Shown here one piece after another: positions 9,413 to 19,002 of a stretch of 41,932 nucleotides of DNA; position 1 is the stretch's first letter; every line of letters starts with the position of its first letter. Where the stretch lies: the NCBI GenBank assembly GCA_943331195.2, contig CALQKQ020000001.1, positions 1-41,932 on the forward strand. The letters are read 5' to 3'. A program made the translations under genes and the position numbers. The DNA is from Akkermansia muciniphila. Lineage in GTDB: Bacteria > Verrucomicrobiota > Verrucomicrobiia > Verrucomicrobiales > V1-33. The notes below the pieces were generated by a model. That model searched no databases. It was not told where the DNA came from and saw only the letters and a list, made by a program, of their open reading frames with translations.

Positions 9413-11158
9413 CTACATCCGCTCCGTGGTGCGGATCCCCATCAGCCCCAGGCCCGTCTTGAGGGTGCGCGAAGTCGCCTCGCACAGCGCCAAGCGCGTC
9501 CGCCGCACCTCCCCCTCCGCCCGCAACACCGGACACGCTTCGAAAAAGCTGTGAAACGCCTGCGCCAAGGTAAACAAATAGGTCGCCAGCAAGTTGGGCC
9601 GAAAATCTTCCAGCACCGCAGGCACCACCTCGGCGAAGCGCGCCAAGGTCAGCGCCAACCAGCGCTCCGCCTCCTCACTGATCAGATAGGGCCCCGCCAA
9701 GTCCGGCACCGCGCCCTCCAACTTGCGGAAAATCGAGCGCGTCCGCACATAAGAATATTGCAGATAGGGTGCCGTGTTCCCTTGGAATGCTAACATCTTT
9801 TCCCAGGAAAATTTGTAGTCCGTCAGGCGATGTTGGCTCAACTCCAAATACTTCACCGCCCCAATGCCCACCGCCCGCGCGATCTCCGCCTTCTCTTCCT
9901 CCCCCAGCTCCGCGTTCTTCTCCTGCACCACCGCCAGGGCGCGCTCTTCGGCTTCCTCGAGCACTTCTAACAAACCAACGCTCTCCCCGCTGCGCGTTTT
10001 CATCATGGTGCCATCCGCCCCCAAAATGCTCCCAAAAGCCACATGCTGCAAACGGCCCGGCAAGCCCCAGCGCCGCGCCGCGTCGAAGAGCTGCTGAAAG
10101 TGGAAGGCCTGGGGTGCCCCCACCACATACCACACATCGCTAGCCTGCCACACCCGCAGGCGATGCTCCACCGTAGCCAAATCCGTGGTGGCGTAGCCGT
10201 AGCCGCCATCCCGCTTCCGAATCATGAAGGGCGCCGCCGCCCCGTCCCCCTCAGGGAAAATGCACAGCGCCCCCTCGCTCTCCCGCGCCAAACCGCTGGC
10301 CTCCAATTCCGCCACCAAGGACGGCAGCCGATCGTTGTAAAAACTCTCCCCCAGGTAATGGTCAAAGCTGATGTCTAACTTGTCGTAAACCGTCGCCAAA
10401 CCCGCTAAGGAAACATCGACGCAGCGCTGCCAGATCGCCCGATTCTCCGGGTCCCCCGCCTGGAGCTTGACCAACTCCGCGCGGCAGGCGTCTCGCACCG
10501 GCGTATCCGCGCGCTCCCCCGCTTTCATCGCTTCCTCCTCCACTTTGCTCTCCGCGTTGACCGCCTTGTAAAGCCGCAACAACTCGCGAATCGGATCCGC
10601 CAGCAACGCTTCCTCGCGCAAATCCCGCTTCCAGCCATACAACACCATGCCAAACTGCGTCCCCCAATCGCCAATGTGATTGTCCGTAATCACGGTGTGC
10701 CCCACAAAGCGCGCGATCCGGGCCAGGCAGTCCCCAATGATGGTGCTGCGAATGTGCCCCACGTGCATCTGCTTCGCCACGTTAGGCGCGCTGAAGTCAA
10801 TCACGATGGTGCGCGGCTCCGCCACCGCCGCCGTTCCCAATTGAGGGTCGCCCAACAGCAGCCCCAAGCGCGCCGCCAACGCCTCCGGCGCCATCGCAAA
10901 GTTGATGAAACCAGGGCCAGCCACCGTGGGCGCCGCGCAAAGCCCCGTAACGTCAATCGCCGCCGCCAACTCCCCCGCCAAAGCCCGCGGGTTGGTCTTG
11001 AGCGCCTTGGCCAACACCATCGCCGCATTGGTTTGATAGTCGCCAAAACGAGCATCCGCAGCGGGGTCCACCGCCACCGCGAAGCCCTCAGGCAAAGCGT
11101 GGCCGAGCGATCCGAGCGCGGCCGCGACGCGTTCCTGGAGCAGTTGGGGGAAAGTCAT
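9413..11158 (-). CDS. argS: Arginine--tRNA ligase
   Basis: 581 aa with the HIGH-type motif AKQMHVGHIRSTIIGD. The anticodon-binding C-terminus ends ...GLMGIRTTERM, as in ArgS. Confidence 0.95.
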   Translation of the reverse strand: MTFPQLLQERVAAALGSLGHALPEGFAVAVDPAADARFGDYQTNAAMVLAKALKTNPRALAGELAAAIDVTGLCAAPTVAGPGFINFAMAPEALAARLGLLLGDPQLGTAAVAEPRTIVIDFSAPNVAKQMHVGHIRSTIIGDCLARIARFVGHTVITDNHIGDWGTQFGMVLYGWKRDLREEALLADPIRELLRLYKAVNAESKVEEEAMKAGERADTPVRDACRAELVKLQAGDPENRAIWQRCVDVSLAGLATVYDKLDISFDHYLGESFYNDRLPSLVAELEASGLARESEGALCIFPEGDGAAAPFMIRKRDGGYGYATTDLATVEHRLRVWQASDVWYVVGAPQAFHFQQLFDAARRWGLPGRLQHVAFGSILGADGTMMKTRSGESVGLLEVLEEAEERALAVVQEKNAELGEEEKAEIARAVGIGAVKYLELSQHRLTDYKFSWEKMLAFQGNTAPYLQYSYVRTRSIFRKLEGAVPDLAGPYLISEEAERWLALTLARFAEVVPAVLEDFRPNLLATYLFTLAQAFHSFFEACPVLRAEGEVRRTRLALCEATSRTLKTGLGLMGIRTTERM

Positions 11159-11231
11159 AAGCCTGCCACTCTGGCAGGGGCCAAACGATTCTCAACCGTC
11201 CATGGCGCGCCCGCCCCCGCGCCATCCAAAG

Positions 11232-11762
11232 CTATGACTTTCGCCGGTAGCGCCGCCATTCCGCCACTCCCGGAAGCCGATCCAACACCTCGACCAGCTC
11301 AAAAGCTTCCTCAAAGGCCGGAAAGGTGGTGTCGCCTTCCGCCGGGTCATCCAGCACCGTCAGCAGCACTTCATCGAGCTGCGGCAGCAGCAAACCGTAG
11401 ATCTCCGCGCCCCCAATCACATAAACCGGCCCTTCCAAACCCAGGGCCTCAAGCGCCGCTAGGCTCGGCAGCACTTCCGCCCCCGGAGCACTTGTCAGGG
11501 TGCGCGAGAGAATCAAGTGGCGCCGGTTGGGCAGCAGTCGGCCAAGGCTTTCCCATGTCTTCCGCCCCATCAATATAGGATGCCCCGTCGTCGTCCTCCG
11601 AAAAAATCGCATGTCCTCCGGAAGATGCCAGGGCAAGCCCCCATCCTTCCCAATGACCCGGTTGGCGGCCATGGCCGCGATTCCAATGTAAAATGGTGGC
11701 GTTTTCAGTTTGTATAAAAGTTCAGTGATTCTCCCAACGAGTTGTTCTCCGGCCCCCCTCAT
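11232..11762 (-). CDS. folA: Dihydrofolate reductase
   Basis: [48 protein letters not shown] matches the DHFR core. The ATG at 11762 overlaps the thyA stop (ATGA). The roughly 24-aa N-terminal extension means the true start may lie downstream. Confidence 0.88.
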   Translation of the reverse strand: MRGAGEQLVGRITELLYKLKTPPFYIGIAAMAANRVIGKDGGLPWHLPEDMRFFRRTTTGHPILMGRKTWESLGRLLPNRRHLILSRTLTSAPGAEVLPSLAALEALGLEGPVYVIGGAEIYGLLLPQLDEVLLTVLDDPAEGDTTFPAFEEAFELVEVLDRLPGVAEWRRYRRKS

Positions 11763-12559
11763 ACCGCAATCGGAGCCTTGATCGCAGGATGCGGATCGTA
11801 CCCCTCGAAGCTAATGTCCTCGTAGCGAAAGTCGTCGATCGATTGAATCGCCGGATTCAGCCGCAGCGTGGGCAGGGCGCGCGGCTCCCGGCCAAGTTGC
11901 TCGGCAACTTGATCGAGGTGATTTTGATAGAGATGCAGATCCCCAAAGCTGTGAATGAAGTCCCCCGCCCGCAAACCCGTGACCTGCGCCACCAAGTGCG
12001 TGAGCAGCGCGTAGGACGCTATATTGAAGGGAACCCCCAAAAAAAGATCCGCGCTGCGCTGATACAACTGGCACGACAGCGTGCCCTCCTCAGGGTCGAC
12101 GTAAAATTGAAAAAGACTGTGGCAGGGAGGCAGCGCCATCCCGGAAATCTGGGCCGGATTCCAGGCGCTCACGATGAGGCGGCGACTGTCCGGCGTCTTG
12201 CGAATCTGCTCAATGACTTGCGCTAATTGATCAATCCGCGTCCCGTCAGGAGCGGGCCACGCCCGCCATTGCGCCCCATAAACCGGGCCCAACTCGCCCT
12301 CCGCATCCGCCCATTCGTCCCAAATCGTCACGCCATGCTCCCGCAAATAGCGCACATTGGTCTCCCCTTTGATGAACCACAGCAACTCGTGGATGATGGA
12401 GCGAAGATGCACCTTTTTTGTGGTCAGCAGCGGAAAGCCGTCCCCCAAGCGGTAGCGCGCCTGCGCCCCAAAAACCGATAGGGTCCCCGTGCCCGTGCGG
12501 TCGGTCCGCCGCTTCCCCTCGCGGAGCACTAGGCGAAGCAAGTCATGATAGGTCTGCAT
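11759..12559 (-). CDS. thyA: Thymidylate synthase (ThyA type)
   Basis: [31 protein letters not shown]..., the nucleophile motif [14 protein letters not shown], and a C-terminal ...[10 protein letters not shown]. Confidence 0.95.
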   Translation of the reverse strand: MQTYHDLLRLVLREGKRRTDRTGTGTLSVFGAQARYRLGDGFPLLTTKKVHLRSIIHELLWFIKGETNVRYLREHGVTIWDEWADAEGELGPVYGAQWRAWPAPDGTRIDQLAQVIEQIRKTPDSRRLIVSAWNPAQISGMALPPCHSLFQFYVDPEEGTLSCQLYQRSADLFLGVPFNIASYALLTHLVAQVTGLRAGDFIHSFGDLHLYQNHLDQVAEQLGREPRALPTLRLNPAIQSIDDFRYEDISFEGYDPHPAIKAPIAV

Positions 12560-12568
12560 CGGAATAAA

Positions 12569-13054
12569 CTATTTCTTCTTTTTGGCGACCCGCTGTTCCG
12601 CCGCGGCGCGCGCTTCCGCCAAGGTCGAGGGCTGATAGCGCTCCTTCACCTGGTCCGAGCGCACGTCGTCCGCATCCCCCCAGACCCCGTTGGCTCCTGC
12701 GCTGGCCACCAGCACCTGATCGTCCTTGACCTCCATCTTCAGGGGCTGGCCGTAAACATCATAAATCGCGCCGCCCGAAAATTCCCCCGTGCGGCCATGC
12801 ATGTAGCCTCCAGGTATGCGCCGCTCATCGGCCCCAATAACATTGTACATGAGCAACCCAAACTGCCGCGCATCAGTCAAATCAGGCCAAGACCCCGTTT
12901 CTTGGCGGCATTCGCTCAACCCCGCCCGCCAATCGGCCACGGTTTCTTCGTTGGCCTCCAGCAAAAACCGGGGAACCACCACCCGCTGAATGGTCCACGC
13001 CAACACCCCCGCACAGATGGCGATGGCTAGGATGGCGTATAGATAAGGCTTCAC
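12569..13054 (-). CDS. Membrane-anchored hypothetical protein with a GspG/pseudopilin-like C-terminal domain (no prepilin cleavage motif)
   Basis: Single N-terminal TM (MKPYLYAILAIAICAGVLAWTI). DVYGQPLKMEVKDDQVLVASAGANGVWGDADDVRSD resembles the DPWGxPY...SxGADG...DDI core of T2SS major pseudopilins. The stop lies 9 nt upstream of the thyA start. Confidence 0.6.
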   Translation of the reverse strand: MKPYLYAILAIAICAGVLAWTIQRVVVPRFLLEANEETVADWRAGLSECRQETGSWPDLTDARQFGLLMYNVIGADERRIPGGYMHGRTGEFSGGAIYDVYGQPLKMEVKDDQVLVASAGANGVWGDADDVRSDQVKERYQPSTLAEARAAAEQRVAKKKK

Positions 13055-13175
13055 TCCTGCCCATGTTGTCCGCCCTGCCCCCCTCCATCAAGCGGCAATG
13101 CTCGCCGCCCCCACCCAGCCCCTCCCCCACCATTTGCCAGTCGCGCCGGCCGATTCGCTCCGATATAATGCCCCA

Positions 13176-14090
13176 ATGCCCCCGTCCCTGACCGCCCCGC
13201 CCGTCGCGGCTCTGCCCCCCATCCCCGTGATTGTCAATCCCGGTGCCCGCAGCGCCACAGCCGGACGCTCCATGGCACAAATCCGCGCCTTCAGCCCGCG
13301 CATCGAATTCCACGAAACCCGCCACGCCGGCCACGCCCGCCTCCTAGCCATGGATTTGGCCAACGCTGGCGCCCCCCTCATCGTCGCCGCCGGCGGCGAC
13401 GGCACCGTCAACGAAGTCGTCCAAGGCATCGCCCAGGCCCACGCCACTCAGCACACCGCCATGGGCGTCTTGCCCACCGGAACCATGAACGTCTTCGCCG
13501 CCGAACTCGGCTTGCCCTCCCGCCAACTGGAACGCTGCTGGCACGCCATCGTCGCAGGCCACACCCGCGACATCGACCTCTGGGAGCTCCAGGGGCGCTG
13601 TTTCGTCCAGCTCGCCGGCATCGGCTTAGATGCCGCCATCATCAGCGAAACCACCTGGGCCTCCAAAAAACGCCTCGGCCCCCTCAGCTACCTCCTAGCT
13701 GGTCTCAAAGTGCGCCGCCGCCCCGCCCCCCTCCTCCTCGTGGACGCCCCCGGCCAGCCGCGCCACCAAGGCACCGTCGTCCTCATCGGCAACGGCCGCC
13801 GCTACGGTGGCCCCTTCCACCTCTTTCCCCAAGCCCTCCCCAGCGACGGCCTCCTCGACGTCGTGGTCATGCCGCAACACCGCTGGCGCGACTTCTTCGC
13901 CCTCGGATGCGCCATGCTCACCGGGCACTACCCCGCCCACCGCCCCATCCACTATTTCCAAACCGAACACCTCCGCGTCCTCGCCGACCACGACGTCGCC
14001 TATGAAGTCGATGGCGAATTAGTCGGAACCAGCCGCGTCCTCAACGTCGCCCGCCGCGGCAGCCTTCGCGTCGTGGTCCCAGCCCCGTAA
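13176..14090 (+). CDS. Diacylglycerol kinase-family lipid kinase (YegS/BmrU-like)
   Basis: PVIVNPGARSATAGR..., the nucleotide-binding VAAGGDGTVNEVVQGI, and GVLPTGTMNVFA. Start placed at MPPSL (13176); the ORF track start 13098 is also possible. Confidence 0.85.
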   Translation: MPPSLTAPPVAALPPIPVIVNPGARSATAGRSMAQIRAFSPRIEFHETRHAGHARLLAMDLANAGAPLIVAAGGDGTVNEVVQGIAQAHATQHTAMGVLPTGTMNVFAAELGLPSRQLERCWHAIVAGHTRDIDLWELQGRCFVQLAGIGLDAAIISETTWASKKRLGPLSYLLAGLKVRRRPAPLLLVDAPGQPRHQGTVVLIGNGRRYGGPFHLFPQALPSDGLLDVVVMPQHRWRDFFALGCAMLTGHYPAHRPIHYFQTEHLRVLADHDVAYEVDGELVGTSRVLNVARRGSLRVVVPAP

Positions 14091-14331
14091 AATAGTTAGC
14101 GCCAGGAAAGAAGTCCGCCCGCCGGCCTCCCCGCGCCCCTTGCGGTTCGACCCTAACGCCACGCTCCGGCGCGCGCCTCGCCCCATCGCGCCCCATCGCG
14201 CCCCCGCACCATCGTGGCCAGACGCCCCGGCCGGATTTTCCTTGGCAGCTCCAGGCCCAAACAGGTATTCATTGCCAATCGATTAAAATCGCGGCCAGCG
14301 GTGGCCGCGTCCCTTCCCAACCCCCTCCACC

Positions 14332-17300
14332 ATGTCCCCCAGCTTTCGCCAAGCCATTCGCGGCGGCCTCGCCTTAAGCGCCCTCCTCGGCCGCCTCCTC
14401 GCCGCTCCCGCCGCACCCGCCGCACCTACTCAAGATCTAGGAAAACCGCGCTTCCAAGAGCGCCCCAACGCCATCCCTTTTGCCGCCCCCTGGCAGCCCG
14501 CCCCCGCCTATAGCGGCCTCAAAGACGGCGCCTTCGCCGGCGGCGGCGTCGCCATCGGCGATGTCACCGGCGACGGCCTCGCCGACGTCTATCTCTCCAG
14601 ACCCTCCGGAGGCGGACGCCTCTTTCGCAATCAGGGAAACTGGTCCTTCACCGACATCACCGACACCTCCGGCCTAGCGGAAGACCGCAGCCATTGGGCC
14701 TCCGGTTGCACCTTGGTCGACGCCGACAACGACGGCGACCTCGACCTCTCCGTCTGCGGCTACGATACCCCAAACCGCCTCTTCCTCAATTCAGGCCAGG
14801 GCCAATTCCGCGACGTGGCCCCACAAGCTGGCCTAGCCTTCCATGGCGCTAGCATCATCCTAGCCTGGGGCGACTTCGACTGCGACGGAGACGCCGACGC
14901 CTACCTCGTCACCAGCCGCGCCTACGATTCCGAGAAACTCAGCCCCGCCGACACCGCCCGCCTCAAGGAAATCGACAAGCGCCTCACCAAAGACCCCAGC
15001 ACCGGCGCGTGGCGCGTCCCCGATGACCTCCGCGAAGAATTCGCCGTGGTGATGCGCCCCGGCGCCCCCTACCTCGTCAAGGCCGGCCAAGCCGACCGCC
15101 TCTACCGCAACGACGGCCCCGGACCCGATGGGGTGCCCACCTTCCACGACATCACCGCCGCCGCCGGCTTAACCGATTTCGGACGCGGCCTCGCCGCCCA
15201 CTGGTGGGACTACGACCACGACGGCTTCCCCGACCTCTACGTCTCCAACGACTTCTTCGGCGCCGACCGCCTCTGGCGAAACAAAGGCGATGGCACCTTT
15301 GAAGACCAAGCCCCAGCCCTCCTGCGCCATACCCCCTGGTTCTCCATGGGCTGTGATAGCGGCGACATCAACAACGACGGCCTCCTCGATTTCATGGCTT
15401 CTGACATGGCTGGCTCCTCCCACTACCGCGATAAAATGGGCATGGGCAGCATGGACAAAAATGGCTGGTTCCTCGAAATGGGAAGCCCTCGCCAATACAT
15501 GCGCAACGCTCTCTATCTCAATAGCGGCGCCGGCCTGCCCTTCATGGAGTGCGCCCACCAACTCCGCATCGCCGCCACCGATTGGACCTGGTCCGTTAAG
15601 TTCGGCGACCTCGACTGCGATGGCTGGCTCGACCTTTTCGTCACCAACGGCATGACCGGCGACTATCTCAATTCTGACTTGGTGGCGGCCAATCCCGCAG
15701 GTGGCGCCGTGCGCCAAGCCCCTCCCAAACCAGACCGCGACATGGCCTTCCGCAACCTCGGCGCCGCGCCCGGAGGAGCCTGGTCCTTTCAATTCGAAAA
15801 CGTCAGCAAACCCTGGGGCCTCGACCGCGAAGGCATCAGCTTTGGCGCCGCCTGGGGCGACCTCGACGCCGATGGCGACCCCGACCTCGTCGTCAATAAC
15901 TTCAATGAGGCCTGCACCACCTACGAAAACACCACCCCACCAGCCGAAGCCAACCGCCTCGTCGTCCGCCTCCGCGGCACCACTTCTAACCGCAGCGGCC
16001 TCGGAGCCACCCTGAACCTCACCGCCGCCGGCATCACCCAAACCCGCGCCATCGCCAGCGCTCGTGGCTTCTTCAGCTCCGATGAACCCGTCGCCTTCTT
16101 CGGCTTGGGCCGCGCCAAACCCCAACGCCTCGAAGTCCGCTGGCCCTCAGGTATTCAGCAAGTCATCGAACCCCTCCCCGAGGGCATAACCATAACCATC
16201 ACTGAATCCGGAAAACCCCGCCCCGCCCCCGCCCCCGCCCCAAGCCTCTACGCTCCTAGCGATCTCCTATCCATCCCCCACCAAGAGCGCCCCTTCGACG
16301 ACTTCGCCGCAGAACCCCTCCTTCCCAACCGCCTCTCCCGCCAAGGCCCCGGACAAGCCTGGAGCGATGTCGATGGCGACGGCGACGACGACCTCTTCCT
16401 CGGCGGCCCCGCCGGGCAAGCCGGCCAACTTTTTCTCAATCAAGGGCCCCCCTCCGCCGCCCAACCCTCATTCACCCTAGCCTCGCCCGCTCCCTTCGCC
16501 GCCGATGCCGCCGCCGAAGACCTCGGCGTCCTCTTTCTCGACGCCGACAGCGACGGCGACGCCGACCTCTATGTCGTCAGCGGTGGCGTCGAAGCCGCCG
16601 CCCAGCCTTCCCTCTATCAAGACCGACTCTACCTCAACGACGGCCACGGCCTTTTCGCCAAAGCCCCCCAGGGAGCCCTTCCCCCGGAACAAGACAGCGG
16701 CTCCTGCGTCTGTGCCGTGGATTTCGATCGCGATGGCGACCTCGACCTCTTCGTGGGCGGCCGCCTCATTCCGGGACACTACCCCACCAGCCCCGGCAGC
16801 CGTCTCCTCCAAAATCAAGGCGGCACCTTCCACGATGTCACCGCCGCCGCCGCCCCCGCCCTGAGCCAAACCGCCCGAGTCACCAGCGCCCTCTGGGCCG
16901 ACCTGGACAACGATACCTGGCCAGACCTCGCCCTAGCCTCGGAGTGGGGCGCCCTACAAATCTTCCGCAACCACCAAGGCCACCTCCAACCCCTCCCCAC
17001 CGGAGCTGAAACCCACACCGGTTGGTGGAACAGCCTCGCCGCCGCCGATCTCGACAACGATGGCAAACTAGACTTGGTCGCCGGCAATAGCGGACTCAAT
17101 ACCAAATACCATCCTAGCCCAGGCCACCCTGTCTCCCTCTACTACGGCGACTTCGACGACAGCGGACACCCCCAGTTAGTCGAGGCCAAGTCCCTCGAAG
17201 ACGGAACCCTCCTCCCCGTCCGCGGGAAAAGCTGCTCCCAGGCCGCCATGCCCATGCTCAAAACCAAGTTCCCCAAATTCCACGACTTCGCCGCCTCTGA

Positions 17301-18009
17301 CCTAAATCACATTTATACCCAGAAAAAGTTAGAATCCGCCTTGAAACTCCAAGCCACCACCTTGGAAAGCGCCATTTTCTGGAATGAAAGCCCCGGCCCC
17401 GGCCGCGTCTCCCTAGCCCTCCAAGCCCTCCCCCCCGCCGCCCAAATCGCCCCGATCTTCGGCCTAGCTTTGCTCGACCTCGACGCCGACGGCGACCTCG
17501 ACCTCGCCGCCGCGCAAAACTCCTCCAGCCCACAGCGCGAGACCGGGCAGATGGACGGCGGCGTTTCCCTCCTCCTCCGCAACGACGGCAAACGGGCCTT
17601 CTCCACCGTTTGGCCCCACCTCAGTGGCCTCGCCGTCCCGGCCGACGCCAAATCCTTGGCCGCCGTCCCCCTCGCCCCCACCGGCGCCCCAGCCCTCTTT
17701 TTCGGCGTGAATCAACACACCTCCATGACCTTCCTCCCCTCCCCACCAGCCCTTCCTCTAGCCATGCTTCGGCTGCGCAGCCGCCAGGGAAATCCCCACG
17801 CCATCGGCGCCCGCATCACCTACTCCCTTCCGGGCGGCCGCCCCCAAACCCAACTCATCTCCGCCGGCGGCGGCTACCTTTCCCAGGCTCCCCCAGTGCT
17901 TCTGCTGCCCTCCACCACCGCGCAAGTCAAGGTCCTCTGGCCCGACGGAACCCAGTCAACCCACCCCTTCAAGCCAGGGGGCACCACCCTCACCCAGCCC
18001 GCCCCCTAG
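14332..18009 (+). CDS. FG-GAP/VCBS repeat protein with two ASPIC/UnbV-type modules (CRTAC1 family), secreted
   Basis: Signal peptide MSPSFRQAIRGGLALSALLGRLLAAPAAP. Repeated motifs include GDVTGDGLADVY, RLFRNQGNWSFTDIT, DxDxDGDLDL and NxLYLNxG. Two UnbV-like segments are present (GATLNLTAAGITQTRAI...; GARITYSLPGGRPQTQLISAGGGYLSQ). Confidence 0.85.
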   Translation: MSPSFRQAIRGGLALSALLGRLLAAPAAPAAPTQDLGKPRFQERPNAIPFAAPWQPAPAYSGLKDGAFAGGGVAIGDVTGDGLADVYLSRPSGGGRLFRNQGNWSFTDITDTSGLAEDRSHWASGCTLVDADNDGDLDLSVCGYDTPNRLFLNSGQGQFRDVAPQAGLAFHGASIILAWGDFDCDGDADAYLVTSRAYDSEKLSPADTARLKEIDKRLTKDPSTGAWRVPDDLREEFAVVMRPGAPYLVKAGQADRLYRNDGPGPDGVPTFHDITAAAGLTDFGRGLAAHWWDYDHDGFPDLYVSNDFFGADRLWRNKGDGTFEDQAPALLRHTPWFSMGCDSGDINNDGLLDFMASDMAGSSHYRDKMGMGSMDKNGWFLEMGSPRQYMRNALYLNSGAGLPFMECAHQLRIAATDWTWSVKFGDLDCDGWLDLFVTNGMTGDYLNSDLVAANPAGGAVRQAPPKPDRDMAFRNLGAAPGGAWSFQFENVSKPWGLDREGISFGAAWGDLDADGDPDLVVNNFNEACTTYENTTPPAEANRLVVRLRGTTSNRSGLGATLNLTAAGITQTRAIASARGFFSSDEPVAFFGLGRAKPQRLEVRWPSGIQQVIEPLPEGITITITESGKPRPAPAPAPSLYAPSDLLSIPHQERPFDDFAAEPLLPNRLSRQGPGQAWSDVDGDGDDDLFLGGPAGQAGQLFLNQGPPSAAQPSFTLASPAPFAADAAAEDLGVLFLDADSDGDADLYVVSGGVEAAAQPSLYQDRLYLNDGHGLFAKAPQGALPPEQDSGSCVCAVDFDRDGDLDLFVGGRLIPGHYPTSPGSRLLQNQGGTFHDVTAAAAPALSQTARVTSALWADLDNDTWPDLALASEWGALQIFRNHQGHLQPLPTGAETHTGWWNSLAAADLDNDGKLDLVAGNSGLNTKYHPSPGHPVSLYYGDFDDSGHPQLVEAKSLEDGTLLPVRGKSCSQAAMPMLKTKFPKFHDFAASDLNHIYTQKKLESALKLQATTLESAIFWNESPGPGRVSLALQALPPAAQIAPIFGLALLDLDADGDLDLAAAQNSSSPQRETGQMDGGVSLLLRNDGKRAFSTVWPHLSGLAVPADAKSLAAVPLAPTGAPALFFGVNQHTSMTFLPSPPALPLAMLRLRSRQGNPHAIGARITYSLPGGRPQTQLISAGGGYLSQAPPVLLLPSTTAQVKVLWPDGTQSTHPFKPGGTTLTQPAP

Positions 18010-18030
18010 CCAAAGCCCGCCCATCCCGCC

Positions 18031-18918
18031 TCAGGCCCGCCCACTCGCCGTGGCTTCCGCAAGAACCCCTTCCAAATAACTCCGATAGTCCGGGCTGCGC
18101 GTGGAGGCAATCACCGCCTCAAATCCAGCGCGATCAATGAACTTCTGGTTGAAGGCGATTTCCTCAATGCAGGCCACCTTGAGGTTCTGTTGGCGCTCAA
18201 TCGTGGCGATGTAGTTGCCCGCCTCCAGCAGGCTCGCGGGCGTTCCCGTATCCAGCCAAGCAATGCCGCGGCCCAGCAGGCGCACCTCAAGCTTGCCCTC
18301 CTCCAAGTAGGCATTGTTGAGATCAGTGATCTCCAACTCGCCCCGCGCGCTAGGCTTCTGCTGCTTCACCCGCTCCACCACGGTGTGGTCATAAACATAC
18401 AGCCCAGGAACCGCATAGCTGCTCTTGGGATGTTTCGGCTTCTCCTCAATGCTGAGCACTTTCTGGTTTTGATCGAACTCCACCACCCCAAAGCGCTCCG
18501 GGTCCCGCACATGGTATCCAAAAACGCAGGCCCCCTGCTCCAGGGCCAAGGCCGAGCGGAAAAAATCTAACTTGCCATAAAAAATGTTGTCCCCCAAAAT
18601 CAAGGTCGCCCCCGCTCCCCCCAGAAAATCCTCCGCTAAAAGAAAAGCCTGGGCAATGCCTTCCGGAGCCGCTTGCTCCTGATAGCTCAGCCGAATCCCC
18701 AGCCGCTCCCCGTCACCCAGCAAGTTCTCAAAAGCCGGCAGATCCTTGGGCGTCGAAATAATGAGAATGTCCCGAATCCCCCCCAGCATCAACGTCGAAA
18801 GCGGATAGTAAATCATCGGCTTATCATAGATCGGAAGCAATTGCTTGCAGGCGATACGGGTAAGCGGATCGAGCCGGGAGCCAGCTCCTCCAGCGAGAAT
18901 GATGCCTTTCTTGGTCAT
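18031..18918 (-). CDS. rfbA: Glucose-1-phosphate thymidylyltransferase
   Basis: MTKKGIILAGGAGSRLDPLTRIACKQLLPIYDKPMIYYPLSTLMLGGIRDILIISTP is the RmlA signature. Start moved to the MTKKG Met (ORF track 18993). Confidence 0.93.
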   Translation of the reverse strand: MTKKGIILAGGAGSRLDPLTRIACKQLLPIYDKPMIYYPLSTLMLGGIRDILIISTPKDLPAFENLLGDGERLGIRLSYQEQAAPEGIAQAFLLAEDFLGGAGATLILGDNIFYGKLDFFRSALALEQGACVFGYHVRDPERFGVVEFDQNQKVLSIEEKPKHPKSSYAVPGLYVYDHTVVERVKQQKPSARGELEITDLNNAYLEEGKLEVRLLGRGIAWLDTGTPASLLEAGNYIATIERQQNLKVACIEEIAFNQKFIDRAGFEAVIASTRSPDYRSYLEGVLAEATASGRA

Positions 18919-19002
18919 GGGATAAATCAAATACGGTTGAATGTGCCCGGGCCTCCCGGCGCCCCACCCTAAACAGCCCGCCACAAGTCGCAAGAGCCGC
19001 TC

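Noticed and set aside
13164-13169. Perfect TATAAT 6 nt upstream of the lipid-kinase ATG (13176), suggesting a leaderless mRNA
   Set aside because: There is no acceptable -35 or extended -10 (TGn) at the right spacing. The alternative upstream start (13098) would put the hexamer inside coding sequence. A single hexamer match is not sufficient.
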